NCBI GenBank assembly: GCA_001724175.1
Contig: MEDT01000038.1
Span: 48,078 to 112,077, forward strand
Direction: 5' to 3'
DNA length: 64,000 nucleotides
Source of the DNA: Cytophagaceae bacterium SCN 52-12
GTDB taxonomy: Bacteria > Bacteroidota > Bacteroidia > Cytophagales > Spirosomataceae
The notes beneath the pieces were generated by a model, which saw only the letters and a program-made list of their open reading frames with translations, had not been told where the DNA came from and ran no database searches. The translations under genes were made by a program, and so were the position numbers. Positions 20,711 through 30,812 of the stretch are shown here, piece by piece. Position 1 is the stretch's first letter, and the number at the start of each line of letters is the position of its first letter.

Positions 20711-21861
20711 TGCGCGTCCTGATCGTCCATAACCAGCTTTGGGCTCACTACAAGTCGAAACTCTTTGAAGAGATTCACCGCAACCTTTCTGAAAGGTATC
20801 CCCGGGCAGTTTTCCGGGTCGTCCAGATCGGACTGTACGAATCCTCAAGACGCAGCATGCAGTCTGAAGATGCCGGGGGCTACGATTACCCTTACCAGCT
20901 GCTCTTCCGGGAAAGCCTCGACCGGATCAGCTTCCCGACCCGCCTGAAAGCGCTGCTTGCCGCCTACCGCGAATTCAGGCCCGACGTGCTCAATATTACC
21001 GGGTATTACGACTGGGCGCAGATATTGCTGATGTGCCTCGCAAAGGCGGGCGGTGTGAAAGTAGTCTTATCTTCGGAGTCTTCGGCAGCCGATCACAACC
21101 GGAGTCCGCTCCGGGAAACGGTCAAGCGCTGGATCGTGAACCGCGCCGATGCGTTCTTCTGCTTCGGCACGACATCGGTGGAATACCTGAAGCGCCTGGG
21201 CGTCCCGGAAAAAAAAATAACAGTCAGGAATGCCGCAGTCATCGACGACCGGCGCATCAGGGAGGAATTCCTGCATGCCCGTTTGACGGCCCGCAAGCAT
21301 TCCCCCGCCTTTATATTTGTCGGACGCCTGGCTGAAGAGAAGAACCTGAAGCTACTTTTAGAAGCCTACAGGAGGGCGAAAAGTCAGTCGCCTGTACCCT
21401 GGGGACTTATGCTTGTCGGGGACGGTCCGATGAAAAACGAGATAACGGACTATGTCGAAAAAGAAAGGCTGGAAGGCGTGACCATTACAGGCGGCGTATC
21501 ATGGCTCGAAGTGCCGCGATGGCTTTCCCTTGCCGATGTCCTGATCCTGCCCAGCTATTCCGAACCCTGGGGCCTGGTTGTGAACGAGGCGCTGGTCTGC
21601 GGCCTGCCCGTTATAGTTTCGGAAAAATGCGGCTGTGCCGGCGACCTGGTGGAAGCAGGAAAAAACGGCTATCTCTTCGACCCTTACAATGCAGATGAGC
21701 TGGCTGCACATATGGTACGCTTTATGGAAATGCCCCCGGAGCAGCTGCAGTCGTACGGCGCCCGCGGACAGGCTATCGTCAGTAAATTCGCAGCCGGTAA
21801 GGTCGCTGCCGAAATGGTTAATACGTATGTTTCCCTGAGCAGGACCGCGGAAAGAAAATGA
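20710..21861 (+). CDS. GT4 glycosyltransferase
   Basis: FVGRLAEEKN, EPWGLVVNEA. The likely start is ATG 20710 (TGATG overlap), not 20605. Confidence 0.92.
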   Translation: MRVLIVHNQLWAHYKSKLFEEIHRNLSERYPRAVFRVVQIGLYESSRRSMQSEDAGGYDYPYQLLFRESLDRISFPTRLKALLAAYREFRPDVLNITGYYDWAQILLMCLAKAGGVKVVLSSESSAADHNRSPLRETVKRWIVNRADAFFCFGTTSVEYLKRLGVPEKKITVRNAAVIDDRRIREEFLHARLTARKHSPAFIFVGRLAEEKNLKLLLEAYRRAKSQSPVPWGLMLVGDGPMKNEITDYVEKERLEGVTITGGVSWLEVPRWLSLADVLILPSYSEPWGLVVNEALVCGLPVIVSEKCGCAGDLVEAGKNGYLFDPYNADELAAHMVRFMEMPPEQLQSYGARGQAIVSKFAAGKVAAEMVNTYVSLSRTAERK

Positions 21862-23018
21862 AGATACTCAATATATGCGCTTACACCTGGGAAATCGGCG
21901 GACCGGCCCGGATCATCTATGACCACACGGTAGAGGCCGTAGCCTGCGGACATGAGGTCGATATTTTAAGCCCTATGTCGCCCGGCGACAAGCTGTACCC
22001 TGCGCCGGCGGGAGCCCGCGTGATCCCGTGCCTCAGGACCCGGCCCATCGCCCGGTTCTACAGGGAATTTTCCCTCGGTCTGTACCGCTTTCTCAAAAAA
22101 CACCTGGACGATTACGACGTTGTCCACATACATGGCATCTGGCATTTCGGGAGCCTGGCGCCATTCATGGTGGGAAGTAAGATACCGAAAATCATCACCA
22201 TTCACGGCCTGCTGGACAGGTGGGCGGTCAACCACCACGCCTGGAAAAAGAACCTGGTAACGCTGCTCTACCAAAAGCGGCTGCTGGGTAAGACGGACGT
22301 CATCCACATCAATAACACCGACGAGGAGGAAGATGTGATCCAATACCTGGGTTACCGCCCCGACAATCTGGTCATCATCCCGAACGGGATGCGCATGAGC
22401 GATTATGATCCCCTGCCTCCGAAAGGTATGTTCAGGCAGTATTTTAATATCCCCGGCGACAGGAAGATCCTGCTTTTCATGGGTCGCCTCAATATCAAGA
22501 AGGGGCTCGATATCCTGCTGCCTGCATTCAGAAGCTGTCATCGCGATAACCCGGGTACCCTGCTTGTCCTGGCCGGGCCCGACGACGGGTATAAGGCAGA
22601 AGCATCCGCGTTTATCGAAGAAAACCGGTTGTCCGACGCTGTAAAGTTTACGGGCATGCTTACCGGTGAGCTCAAGAAAGCTGCGCTTTCGGATGCCTCC
22701 GTTTTTGTGCTGCCTACCTATTCCGAAGGTTTTTCCATTGCGGTGCTCGAAGCCATGGCCAGCCGGCTGCCGGCGGTAGTTTCCGACCGTACCGGGTTTG
22801 GCGATTTTACGAGGCAGTATGAGGCGGCGGCCATTACCGCGCTTGACCCTGACGACCTGGCCGGCAAGCTTCAGAAAATTCTGGGCGACGATGCCTACAG
22901 GATCTCGAGAGCTGAAAATGCCTACCGTATGGTCTCCGAGCTTTTCGACATCAGGGTGGTAGCCCGGCAAATGCTCGACACCTACAAAAGCGCAGTCCTG
23001 GCATCGCAATTGCAATGA
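21858..23018 (+). CDS. GT4 glycosyltransferase
   Basis: GGP, HIHGIW, IIPNG, GRLNIKKG, EGFSIAVLEAM. Confidence 0.92.
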   Translation: MKILNICAYTWEIGGPARIIYDHTVEAVACGHEVDILSPMSPGDKLYPAPAGARVIPCLRTRPIARFYREFSLGLYRFLKKHLDDYDVVHIHGIWHFGSLAPFMVGSKIPKIITIHGLLDRWAVNHHAWKKNLVTLLYQKRLLGKTDVIHINNTDEEEDVIQYLGYRPDNLVIIPNGMRMSDYDPLPPKGMFRQYFNIPGDRKILLFMGRLNIKKGLDILLPAFRSCHRDNPGTLLVLAGPDDGYKAEASAFIEENRLSDAVKFTGMLTGELKKAALSDASVFVLPTYSEGFSIAVLEAMASRLPAVVSDRTGFGDFTRQYEAAAITALDPDDLAGKLQKILGDDAYRISRAENAYRMVSELFDIRVVARQMLDTYKSAVLASQLQ

Positions 23019-23042
23019 CATCTATCGGAAATTAAAATAATT

Positions 23043-23975
23043 ATGGCCAACCTGTCGGTTCTCATCCTCACTTACAATGAATCTTTACACATAGGCAGGT
23101 GTATAGACAGCTTTGCCGGCCTTACCGACAAGATCTTTATCGTCGATTCCTTCTCTTCCGACAACACTGTGGCAATAGCCCGGTCGAAGGGGGCGCAGGT
23201 CATCCAGAACCCCTGGATCTCGTATGCGTTCCAGTTTAACCATGCCATCGGTCATAATCCTTTCCAGACCGATTGGGTCATGCGGATGGACGCCGATGAG
23301 TATATCACGCCCGGGCTGAGAGAGGAACTCGCAGCGGTGCTCGCGCAGGATGTACCGCCGGATGTCACCGGGTTTTATGTAAAACGGAGGGTATTCTTTA
23401 TGGATCAGTGGATCAGGCACGGAGGGTACTACCCGATCTGGCTGCTCCGCATCTGGCGGAACGGGAAGGGGCATTGCGAGGAATTGTGGATGGACGAGCA
23501 CATCAAGCTCGATGAAGGCACCACGCGGCAGCTGAAAAACGACATCGTAGACCATAACCTGAATAACCTCACCTGGTGGACGCAGAAGCATAACAATTAT
23601 GCGACGCGGGAAATCATAGACCTGCTGAACATCAGGTATAATTTTGAAGAAAAACCGACGGTAACGCCTGCTTTTTTCGGATCACAGGAACAGCGTACGC
23701 GGTACCTGAAGATTAAATATGCGTCGCTGCCGCTTTTTACCCGGCCGTTTCTTTACTTTGTTTACCGGTATTTCTGGAAGCTTGGCTTCCTGGACGGCAC
23801 CCGGGGATTGATCTGGCATTCCCTCCAGGGGCTATGGTACCGTTTCCTGGTAGACGCCAAAATTTACGAGGTATACCAGCGGGCCGGGAAGGAAAAGTCC
23901 GCCATTATACGACACTTTAAAGAGGAATATGGAAAAGACCTCAGGAACCCGAACCGATCTGGCGCGGTACGATAA
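23043..23975 (+). CDS. GT2 glycosyltransferase (beta-1,4-glucosyltransferase-like)
   Basis: LTYNE, VDSFSSD, MDADE, MDEH, KHNNYA, GFLDG. Confidence 0.9.
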   Translation: MANLSVLILTYNESLHIGRCIDSFAGLTDKIFIVDSFSSDNTVAIARSKGAQVIQNPWISYAFQFNHAIGHNPFQTDWVMRMDADEYITPGLREELAAVLAQDVPPDVTGFYVKRRVFFMDQWIRHGGYYPIWLLRIWRNGKGHCEELWMDEHIKLDEGTTRQLKNDIVDHNLNNLTWWTQKHNNYATREIIDLLNIRYNFEEKPTVTPAFFGSQEQRTRYLKIKYASLPLFTRPFLYFVYRYFWKLGFLDGTRGLIWHSLQGLWYRFLVDAKIYEVYQRAGKEKSAIIRHFKEEYGKDLRNPNRSGAVR

Positions 23976-24501
23976 CAGCTGGTACGACCCCGGTCCGTTC
24001 TGGAAGCGGACCCTGTGGTACCTGGCCGGACGCCTGCTTGTCAATACCTACCTGCCTGTCCCCAACGGCCTGAAGATAGGGGTCCTCCGTATATTCGGCG
24101 CCAGGATCGGCGCCGGGGTCACGCTGAAACCGAAAGTCAATATCAAGTATCCCTGGTTTCTCAGTGTGGAAAACAATACATGGATTGGCGAAAATGTGTG
24201 GATCGACAACCTCATTCAGGTTTCCATCGGTCGCAATGTATGCCTGTCGCAGGGAGCCATGCTGCTGACGGGAAACCACGACTACACCCGGCCCGGCTTC
24301 GACCTGATGCTTGGAAAAATACAACTTCACGACGGCGTGTGGATCGGTGCGCAGGCCGTGGTATGCCCCGGCGTAACCTGCCATAATCATGCTGTGCTTA
24401 CCGTAAAATCGGTAGCGACCAGGAGCCTGGAGGCTTACGGGATATACCAGGGGAACCCCGCCGTACTTATAAAAACCAGGAATATCAAAGAATTACCTTG
24501 A
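23929..24501 (+). CDS. wcaF: WcaF-family acetyltransferase
   Basis: LRIFGARIG, VNIKYPWFL, WIDNL, SQGAMLLTGNHD, GNPA. Confidence 0.85.
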   Translation: MEKTSGTRTDLARYDNSWYDPGPFWKRTLWYLAGRLLVNTYLPVPNGLKIGVLRIFGARIGAGVTLKPKVNIKYPWFLSVENNTWIGENVWIDNLIQVSIGRNVCLSQGAMLLTGNHDYTRPGFDLMLGKIQLHDGVWIGAQAVVCPGVTCHNHAVLTVKSVATRSLEAYGIYQGNPAVLIKTRNIKELP

Positions 24502-25241
24502 AAATTTCGATCATCACCGTAGTATATAACGGAGAAGCCACCATCAGGGATTGCATCCGTTCGGTGCTCGGGCAAGACTTTTGCAACAAGGAGTATATCA
24601 TTATCGACGGGGCCTCGAAAGACGGTACCATGCGGGTTGTTTCCGAATTTTCGGGCCAGGTCCAGGTTATCAGGTCGGAGCCCGACGCAGGCATTTACGA
24701 CGCCATGAACAAGGGAATAGCGCTGGCGACCGGAGAAGTGATCGGGATCCTGAATGCCGACGATATGTATGCCGGCGACCAGGTCTTGTCGAAGGTGGCA
24801 GCAAGCCTGGACGGGCCTGGTTATGAAGGGTGCTATAGTGACCTGGTGTATGTCGACGCCGCAACCGGACAGAAAGTTACCCGGAAATGGATCGCCGGCA
24901 GCTATCGGCCCGAATCATTTTTATGGGGCTGGATGCCGCCGCACCCAACCTTGTTCTTAAGAAAGGAAGTATATGAGCAATACGGAAGTTTCAGGCTCGA
25001 CATGGGTAGTGCAGCCGACTATGAACTGATGCTCCGCATGTTGTATAAACACACAGTCAAAACAAAATATATCCCCGAAACCCTGGTAAAAATGAGAGCA
25101 GGAGGAGTCAGCAACCTGAGCCTGGCAAACAGGCTGAAAGCCAATCAGAACGACAGGCGCGCCTGGGAGGTAAACGGTTTGAAGCCGCTTCCCTTTACAC
25201 TGCTTCTAAAACCTCTCCGGAAAATTCATCAATTTTTCTAA
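24498..25241 (+). CDS. GT2 glycosyltransferase (WcaE/WfgS-like)
   Basis: ISIITVVYN, IDGASKD, SEPDAGIYDAMNKG, NADD, MPPHP, ADYE. TTG start. Confidence 0.9.
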   Translation: MKISIITVVYNGEATIRDCIRSVLGQDFCNKEYIIIDGASKDGTMRVVSEFSGQVQVIRSEPDAGIYDAMNKGIALATGEVIGILNADDMYAGDQVLSKVAASLDGPGYEGCYSDLVYVDAATGQKVTRKWIAGSYRPESFLWGWMPPHPTLFLRKEVYEQYGSFRLDMGSAADYELMLRMLYKHTVKTKYIPETLVKMRAGGVSNLSLANRLKANQNDRRAWEVNGLKPLPFTLLLKPLRKIHQFF

Positions 25242-25401
25242 CTCCTTACCGGTATTATTCAACCCGCCTGTTTTCACATCCGGAGCTTCACGCCATTTAA
25301 TCAGTTTTTGCCCGGATAGTTGAAAATGGTCTATTAAATTTAGATATTTGAGGGCTGAAAAAGCCTATATCCACATAACATTTACTGACCAGAAAGATCA
25401 T

Positions 25402-26568
25402 ATGGAATTGCAGATACTCTCCGAATCGTTTTCCGGTGGAGCAGTGGATATCTTACTGAAGCACAAGATCAACCAATGCATCTTGTCTTTCTTTATCGCT
25501 TGTTTCCTTTCAATTGTTTCCATACCTGTCATTATCAACCTTTCGAACCTGCTGAATCTGAATGCCAAGCCGGGTTTCAGAAGCTCGCATGCCAATGCGA
25601 CCCCTACCCTCGGAGGTATCGCCATATTTGCCTCGACCATCATCGCTTTCTTTCTCTGGCCGCACGCCGAGGAGGTCCAGGCGGCCAATATCGTCGGGCT
25701 TTCTATCGTAGGACTGACCATTCTCTTTTTCCTGGGACTGAAAGATGACATCCTGGCGCTCGACCCCACCAAAAAGCTGGTGATCCAGATCTGCGCCTCT
25801 CTTACGCTCGTGGTGCTCGGAAACTTCAAAATTGAATATCTCTACGGGATTTTCGGCTGGTATTTCATCCCCGACATTGTGAGCATACCCCTTACGATCT
25901 TCGTTTTCATAGCCCTGATCAACGCCATCAATCTTATAGACGGCATAGACGGGCTCGCCGGCGGGATCAGCCTGATTGCCGGCGTCATACTCGGCACCTG
26001 GTTTATGCTTGGCGGCCATTATGTGTTCGCATGCCTTGCCTTTTCCATGTCGGGCGCCCTGCTGGGTTTCCTGAGGTTCAACTTCTCCAAAACCAGCAAA
26101 ATATTTATGGGCGACACGGGGTCGCTAGTCGTCGGCTTTCTGTTATCGGTGTTCTGCGTCGAATTCCTGCGGATCAATGTGGCCAACCGGCACCAGCCCG
26201 ACGCCTTTTCCAATGCACCTATCATCCTGCTCCTGATCCTGATCGTACCTATCTTTGATACCCTGCGCGTCTTTATCGTCAGGCTGGTCAAAGGGAAATC
26301 ACCGTTCCTGGCCGACCGGAACCACATGCACCACATTTTGCTGGATAACGGCCTTACCCATTTCCAGGCATCATTCCTGATGTGGATGGGCACGATCGTA
26401 AATGTGATCCTGTTTTTTATCTATCACGGCGATATTTCCAACACGGTCTCAATCCTGATCTATACGGGCCTGTTCGGGTTTTATATGATCGCCGCTTACG
26501 TCCTCAAGCGCCGGGGCCTGATCGTACTGAGGAAAAAGGTGCCCAACCCGGTCCAATCATCACGGTGA
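25402..26568 (+). CDS. wecA: Undecaprenyl-phosphate sugar-1-phosphate transferase (WecA/MraY family)
   Basis: PTLGGIAI, GLKDD, NAINLIDGIDGL, IFMGDTGS, DTLRV, ADRNHMHH. Confidence 0.85.
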   Translation: MELQILSESFSGGAVDILLKHKINQCILSFFIACFLSIVSIPVIINLSNLLNLNAKPGFRSSHANATPTLGGIAIFASTIIAFFLWPHAEEVQAANIVGLSIVGLTILFFLGLKDDILALDPTKKLVIQICASLTLVVLGNFKIEYLYGIFGWYFIPDIVSIPLTIFVFIALINAINLIDGIDGLAGGISLIAGVILGTWFMLGGHYVFACLAFSMSGALLGFLRFNFSKTSKIFMGDTGSLVVGFLLSVFCVEFLRINVANRHQPDAFSNAPIILLLILIVPIFDTLRVFIVRLVKGKSPFLADRNHMHHILLDNGLTHFQASFLMWMGTIVNVILFFIYHGDISNTVSILIYTGLFGFYMIAAYVLKRRGLIVLRKKVPNPVQSSR

Positions 26569-26584
26569 TGCGATAGCTATCAGC

Positions 26585-27760
26585 ATGCAGACCGCAGTAG
26601 CGCCGGGATTTTATACTTCCCGGTTTTGGTTGCTTACATCCAGTTCCTTTTTGTTTTTCGCCAGCTTCAACATGCTCGTCCCCGAGCTGCCCGGCTACCT
26701 GAGCAGGATGGGCGGCGCGGAATACAAAGGACACATCATTGCGCTTTTCACGATTACCGCAGGTATTTCGAGGCCGTTCAGCGGCATACTGACCGATAAG
26801 ATCGGGCGGGTGCCCGTCATGGCGATCGGCTCCCTGGTCTGTGTGGTATGCGGCCTGCTGTACCCGCTGCTGACGACAGTACTGCCTTTCCTGCTGCTCC
26901 GGCTGGCGCACGGATTTTCGACAGGCTTCAAACCGACCGGTACCGCAGCCTATATTGCCGATATCGTACCGCCTCAGCGGAGAGGAGAGGCGCTGGGCAT
27001 ACACGGGCTCTGCTCCTCTCTGGGGGCTGCCATATCGCCGGCCTGCGGCAGCTGGCTGGCGCAGGCCTACTCTATCAACACGATGTTCCTTGCTTCGGCG
27101 CTTCTTGCCCTCCTTTCGGTCGTTATCCTCCTCAACCTCAGGGAAACGCTGCCTTCGCCGCGGAAATTCTCGCCCGGGATGCTTCGCCTGAGCCGCAGGG
27201 ACCTGTTTGAGCCGGCAGTCCTGGCGCCGTCTGTCGTCATCTTTCTCAACTACTTCAGCTTCGGAGCCGTCGCCACGCTGACGCCCGATTTCAGCGCCTA
27301 CCTCGGTTTTTCTAACCTGGGGCTGTTTTTCCTGGTCAGCACGCTGGCCTCGCTCATAAGCCGGTTCGTCGCCGGAAGAGCCTCCGACCGGTACGGACGC
27401 CTCCCGGCTGCCACCGCGGGGAGCTTTCTGATGGTAGCGGCCATGATCGTGACAGCGCATGCGGGCACCGGGGCGGTTTTTCTTGGCGGGGGATTTCTCT
27501 ACGGGATCTCGATGGGGATCCTTTCGCCGGTCCTTTCAGCCTGGACTGTCGACCTCAGCAACGACCAGAACCGGGGCAGGGCGCTCTCCACCATGTACCT
27601 GGCGCTCGAAGCCGGTATAGGAACAGGCGCATGGCTTTCGGCATTTCTTTTTGCCAACCAGTTTCAAAACCTTAAATTAGCCTTTTTGGTAAACGCTTTC
27701 CTGGCTGCCGCCGCAGCTGTTTACTGTGTCGTCCTGCGATACAAAAAGGAACTTTCCTGA
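26585..27760 (+). CDS. MFS transporter
   Basis: 12 TM; GILTDKIGR and GRASDRYGR motif A. Confidence 0.92.
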   Translation: MQTAVAPGFYTSRFWLLTSSSFLFFASFNMLVPELPGYLSRMGGAEYKGHIIALFTITAGISRPFSGILTDKIGRVPVMAIGSLVCVVCGLLYPLLTTVLPFLLLRLAHGFSTGFKPTGTAAYIADIVPPQRRGEALGIHGLCSSLGAAISPACGSWLAQAYSINTMFLASALLALLSVVILLNLRETLPSPRKFSPGMLRLSRRDLFEPAVLAPSVVIFLNYFSFGAVATLTPDFSAYLGFSNLGLFFLVSTLASLISRFVAGRASDRYGRLPAATAGSFLMVAAMIVTAHAGTGAVFLGGGFLYGISMGILSPVLSAWTVDLSNDQNRGRALSTMYLALEAGIGTGAWLSAFLFANQFQNLKLAFLVNAFLAAAAAVYCVVLRYKKELS

Positions 27761-28368
27761 TGGCCGTTGAAGATTCTTTTTCTACTATTTCTGCACCTGC
27801 GGAGGCGCTGTTCAAAGACCGCGGAAGCAGGTTCCTCGGGTATGCTTATCCTGTTAAATCAGACACCGAAGCCCGTAGCCTGTGGCTTCAGCTGAAAGAG
27901 CTGCACCCCAAAGCCGTCCACTGGTGCTATGCCTACCGGCTGGGCACCGATCGCAACCGGTACCGCGCCAGCGACGACGGCGAACCGTCGGGATCGGCGG
28001 GGAAGCCTATCCTGAACGTACTGTATTCCCGCGGGCTGACCAACGTGCTGGTCGTGGTAGTGCGCTATTTCGGCGGTACCCTGCTGGGCGTGCCCGGCCT
28101 GATCAATGCCTACAAAACAGCAACCGAGCTTGCACTGGATGAAACGACAGTAATACAGGGCTATGTCACTGTCAGCTACCGGGTCTCCTTTCCCTACGAA
28201 GCGATGAATTCGGTCATGAAGGTCGTTAAAGAAATGAATCTGGAGATTCAGAACCCTGTTTATGAAATGGAATGCCGGCTGGAAGTAGAAGTAAGGAAAG
28301 CGCAGGCAAAAGAGTTCGTGGAAAAATGCAGCAGGACGGAGAATGCGGCGGTTGCAGAGATAAGCTAA
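27760..28368 (+). CDS. yigZ: YigZ/IMPACT family protein
   Basis: SRF, DDGEPSGSAGKP, VVRYFGGTLLG. Confidence 0.92.
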   Translation: MAVEDSFSTISAPAEALFKDRGSRFLGYAYPVKSDTEARSLWLQLKELHPKAVHWCYAYRLGTDRNRYRASDDGEPSGSAGKPILNVLYSRGLTNVLVVVVRYFGGTLLGVPGLINAYKTATELALDETTVIQGYVTVSYRVSFPYEAMNSVMKVVKEMNLEIQNPVYEMECRLEVEVRKAQAKEFVEKCSRTENAAVAEIS

Positions 28369-28699
28369 CCGGGTGAGACAGGCCTGCTCGTCACATTTTT
28401 CCCCGAAAGAAGCAAAGGAGAAAGACAGCAGATAAACATGTATTTTATACAGCTTACTATTTTTAATTTATAACCTTTAATTTTCATGTTATACCTATGA
28501 GAGTATTTACTTCGTCTACAGCGCTATTTATGGCAACTACGATAGCATCTGCCCGGATTTGGTACCTATATTAATCCAAATAGCTCACCTTCGAATAAGC
28601 ATTTTTTAGGATTGAAGATTATCTATCGCCTGATTGGAGGCGACTTATCTATCAATTCTAGTACGTAACAGATTTTTATTTCACATTAAACTTATTTTT

Positions 28700-29359
28700 A
28701 TGGTAAATCGAATTTCCACCATAGTCTTTTTTTTTCTAAGCAGTTTTCAGGGCTTCAGTCAGGAGACTTCTGAAACTCCCTTGAAATGGGAGTTGGGTGT
28801 AGATCTGAAATCTCTGTTTACAAAAACTACCGAATTGTCAAGCAGGACCTACGGTCTTATTTTGCGGCGTAAAGTATCTGAAGAGGGCGCGTTGCGGTTT
28901 CGCCCGAGTGTTCTTTATAGCCTTAATTTCAAGCCTGTTGTCAAACGTGCAACCGCACCTTTTATTCTTCAAACAAACCTTGACTTTGGCTATGAAAAGC
29001 AAAAAAAACATAAAAAATTTATTCATAACTATGGAATGGATTTAGTTATGCGCTATGAAAGCAATGACTATACCATTGGAATGGGGATAAATGGCACTGA
29101 CTATACGTTTACAAAAATGAAAGGAAAATCCCAAATGATTGGTATTTCCTTTTTTACCGGAGGGAAATATTTAATAACTGAAAGAATTTCTCTTTCACTT
29201 GAAACAAGCCTTGGTATTTTGGCACAAAAATTATGGAGTCAAGAAGGAGAGGTGAACTTAGATAATGAATATATCAGAACGTCTTCTATTTCAAAATCCA
29301 GCGGTTTATTCACGCGATTTGACCCTTTATCAGTTATCTATTTAAGCTATTATTTCTAA
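28700..29359 (+). CDS. Putative outer-membrane beta-barrel protein
   Basis: Signal peptide ending SQ, amphipathic strands, terminal YLSYYF; AT-rich compared with flanks. Confidence 0.65.
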   Translation: MVNRISTIVFFFLSSFQGFSQETSETPLKWELGVDLKSLFTKTTELSSRTYGLILRRKVSEEGALRFRPSVLYSLNFKPVVKRATAPFILQTNLDFGYEKQKKHKKFIHNYGMDLVMRYESNDYTIGMGINGTDYTFTKMKGKSQMIGISFFTGGKYLITERISLSLETSLGILAQKLWSQEGEVNLDNEYIRTSSISKSSGLFTRFDPLSVIYLSYYF

Positions 29360-29386
29360 TATTATGTCAACTAAACTTTTACAATT

Positions 29387-30044
29387 ATGAAAATCGTACG
29401 CTACCTTTCCGTTCTTTTACTTTGTTTTATTCAGCTTAATTCTTTTGCACAGAATTACGGAGTTAATACGACAACGACTACTTCCAGTCCTGTTTCGATA
29501 AGTACATCCGGGGAGGGATATGTAGACGTTCATGCATACAATGCCGCCTGCGGGCTAAGTGCAAACTCTAAGAGGTTCCATACACGATATGGCGTGCCGG
29601 TGATACAAAGTACGCTGATCAATGGAATTGCAGACTATTTATATGGATATCCGGCAGAGGTGCCGAATGGTTCCAGGCTGGCGATCCCCTCTTACAATGC
29701 GGCCAGTTATTCCTGGTCGGTACTTTACGGAACAGCCGCTATAGTGCCGGTGATGGATAAAGAGCATATGTGGGGGATCGATGCTTGTTGCCTATCCCAA
29801 CCCGGCTACTGAAACATTAACGCTCCAGCTTTCAAGCCTTCCCCAGCAGATCAATCTCTATACTGAAGCTTCGACTATCGCGGTAAAATCATTTAATTCT
29901 AAAGCGATAAATGATCTGAAGTCCTCGAAAGACGGTAAGCAACAGGTTACTCTTAATGTGAAGGATTTACCCAGGGGTATATACTATTTGCATATTGAAC
30001 AAAAAGATAAAAAGACCGGGAAAATACGAGTGCAGCTGATATAA
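29387..30044 (+). pseudogene. Split / internally deleted T9SS cargo gene (signal-peptide fragment plus type A CTD in another frame)
   Basis: ORF 29387-29812 has a Sec signal. ORF 29781-30044 is a bare CTD (YPNPA...LPRGIYYLHI...KIRVQLI). The CTD frame is open only from 29754. Confidence 0.7.
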
Positions 30045-30060
30045 GCAGACATACTTTTTG

Positions 30061-30107
30061 AGAAGATCCGGGGATGTTACACTAAAGAATGTTCCCGGAT
30101 CTTTTTT
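30061..30107 (+). terminator. Intrinsic terminator-like hairpin
   Basis: AGAAGATCCGGGGAT...GTTCCCGGATCTTTTTT downstream of the CTD ORF. Confidence 0.65.
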
Positions 30108-30229
30108 ACTTCAGCGATCTTCTGTCGTCTCAATGTATTTGTACCGTTGTCCCGCAATGTTGTCTATCTCACCGAACAAAAACCTCTCCCATTGCGTTAT
30201 CACTGCATCCTGGATAAAAGGAAAAAAAC

Positions 30230-30751
30230 ATGGAAACCGAAGAAATCATTAACAAAGTGGCTGCCAGCGGCCTCGTATCTCTTGACCTTGAAGAGTTTTA
30301 TCATCACGGCGAGCGTGTCGTCTATGACCTGAAAGACAATCTCTTCCAGGGACTTATCCTTCGGGAAAAGGATTTCAGGGCTTTTCTGAAAGAGCACGAC
30401 TGGAGCGCATACGAGGGCAAAAACGTAGCCGTCACCTGTTCGGAAGACGCCATCGTGCCGACATGGGCCTACATGCTGCTGACGCTGCAGCTGGCGCCAT
30501 ACGCCCATATGGTTGTATTCGGCAGCCGGGAAGAGCTCGACAGCAAATTGTTTTTTGACGCGCTTTCACGTATCGACGTCGAAAGCTTCCGTGATAAAAA
30601 GGTCGTCGTAAAAGGATGCAGCAAATATCCCGTACCGGTATCGGCCTACGTCGAGATCACGCGCCTGCTGAAGCCTGTGGTCCAAAGCCTCATGTTCGGC
30701 GAGCCGTGCAGTACGGTGCCGCTGTATAAACGGCCGAAAGGAGGATTATGA
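30230..30751 (+). CDS. DUF2480 family protein
   Basis: EIINKVA.SGL, LREKDFR, DAIVPTWAYML, VVKGCS, SLMFGEPCSTVP. Confidence 0.85.
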   Translation: METEEIINKVAASGLVSLDLEEFYHHGERVVYDLKDNLFQGLILREKDFRAFLKEHDWSAYEGKNVAVTCSEDAIVPTWAYMLLTLQLAPYAHMVVFGSREELDSKLFFDALSRIDVESFRDKKVVVKGCSKYPVPVSAYVEITRLLKPVVQSLMFGEPCSTVPLYKRPKGGL

Positions 30752-30779
30752 ATTATGAATTATGAGTTATGAATTATGA
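30745..30779 (+). repeat. Heptamer tandem array (ATTATGA)x5 starting at a stop codon
   Basis: ATTATGA ATTATGA ATTATGA GTTATGA ATTATGA; the first unit holds the DUF2480 TGA. Confidence 0.9.
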
Positions 30780-30812
30780 GACGAGGGAGAGCAGTGAGCA
30801 TAAAGCTATCGA

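Noticed and set aside
21966-23021. Long antisense ORFs (also 26504-27460, 35538-36671, 53726-54646, 55959-56900 and 62269-63324)
   Set aside because: They lie opposite well-supported genes, show no motifs and are expected from GC3-rich codon usage.
29772-29776. G5 tract as a programmed frameshift or phase switch joining the T9SS halves
   Set aside because: The run is short and the joined product would still lack a recognisable domain; an internal deletion is simpler.
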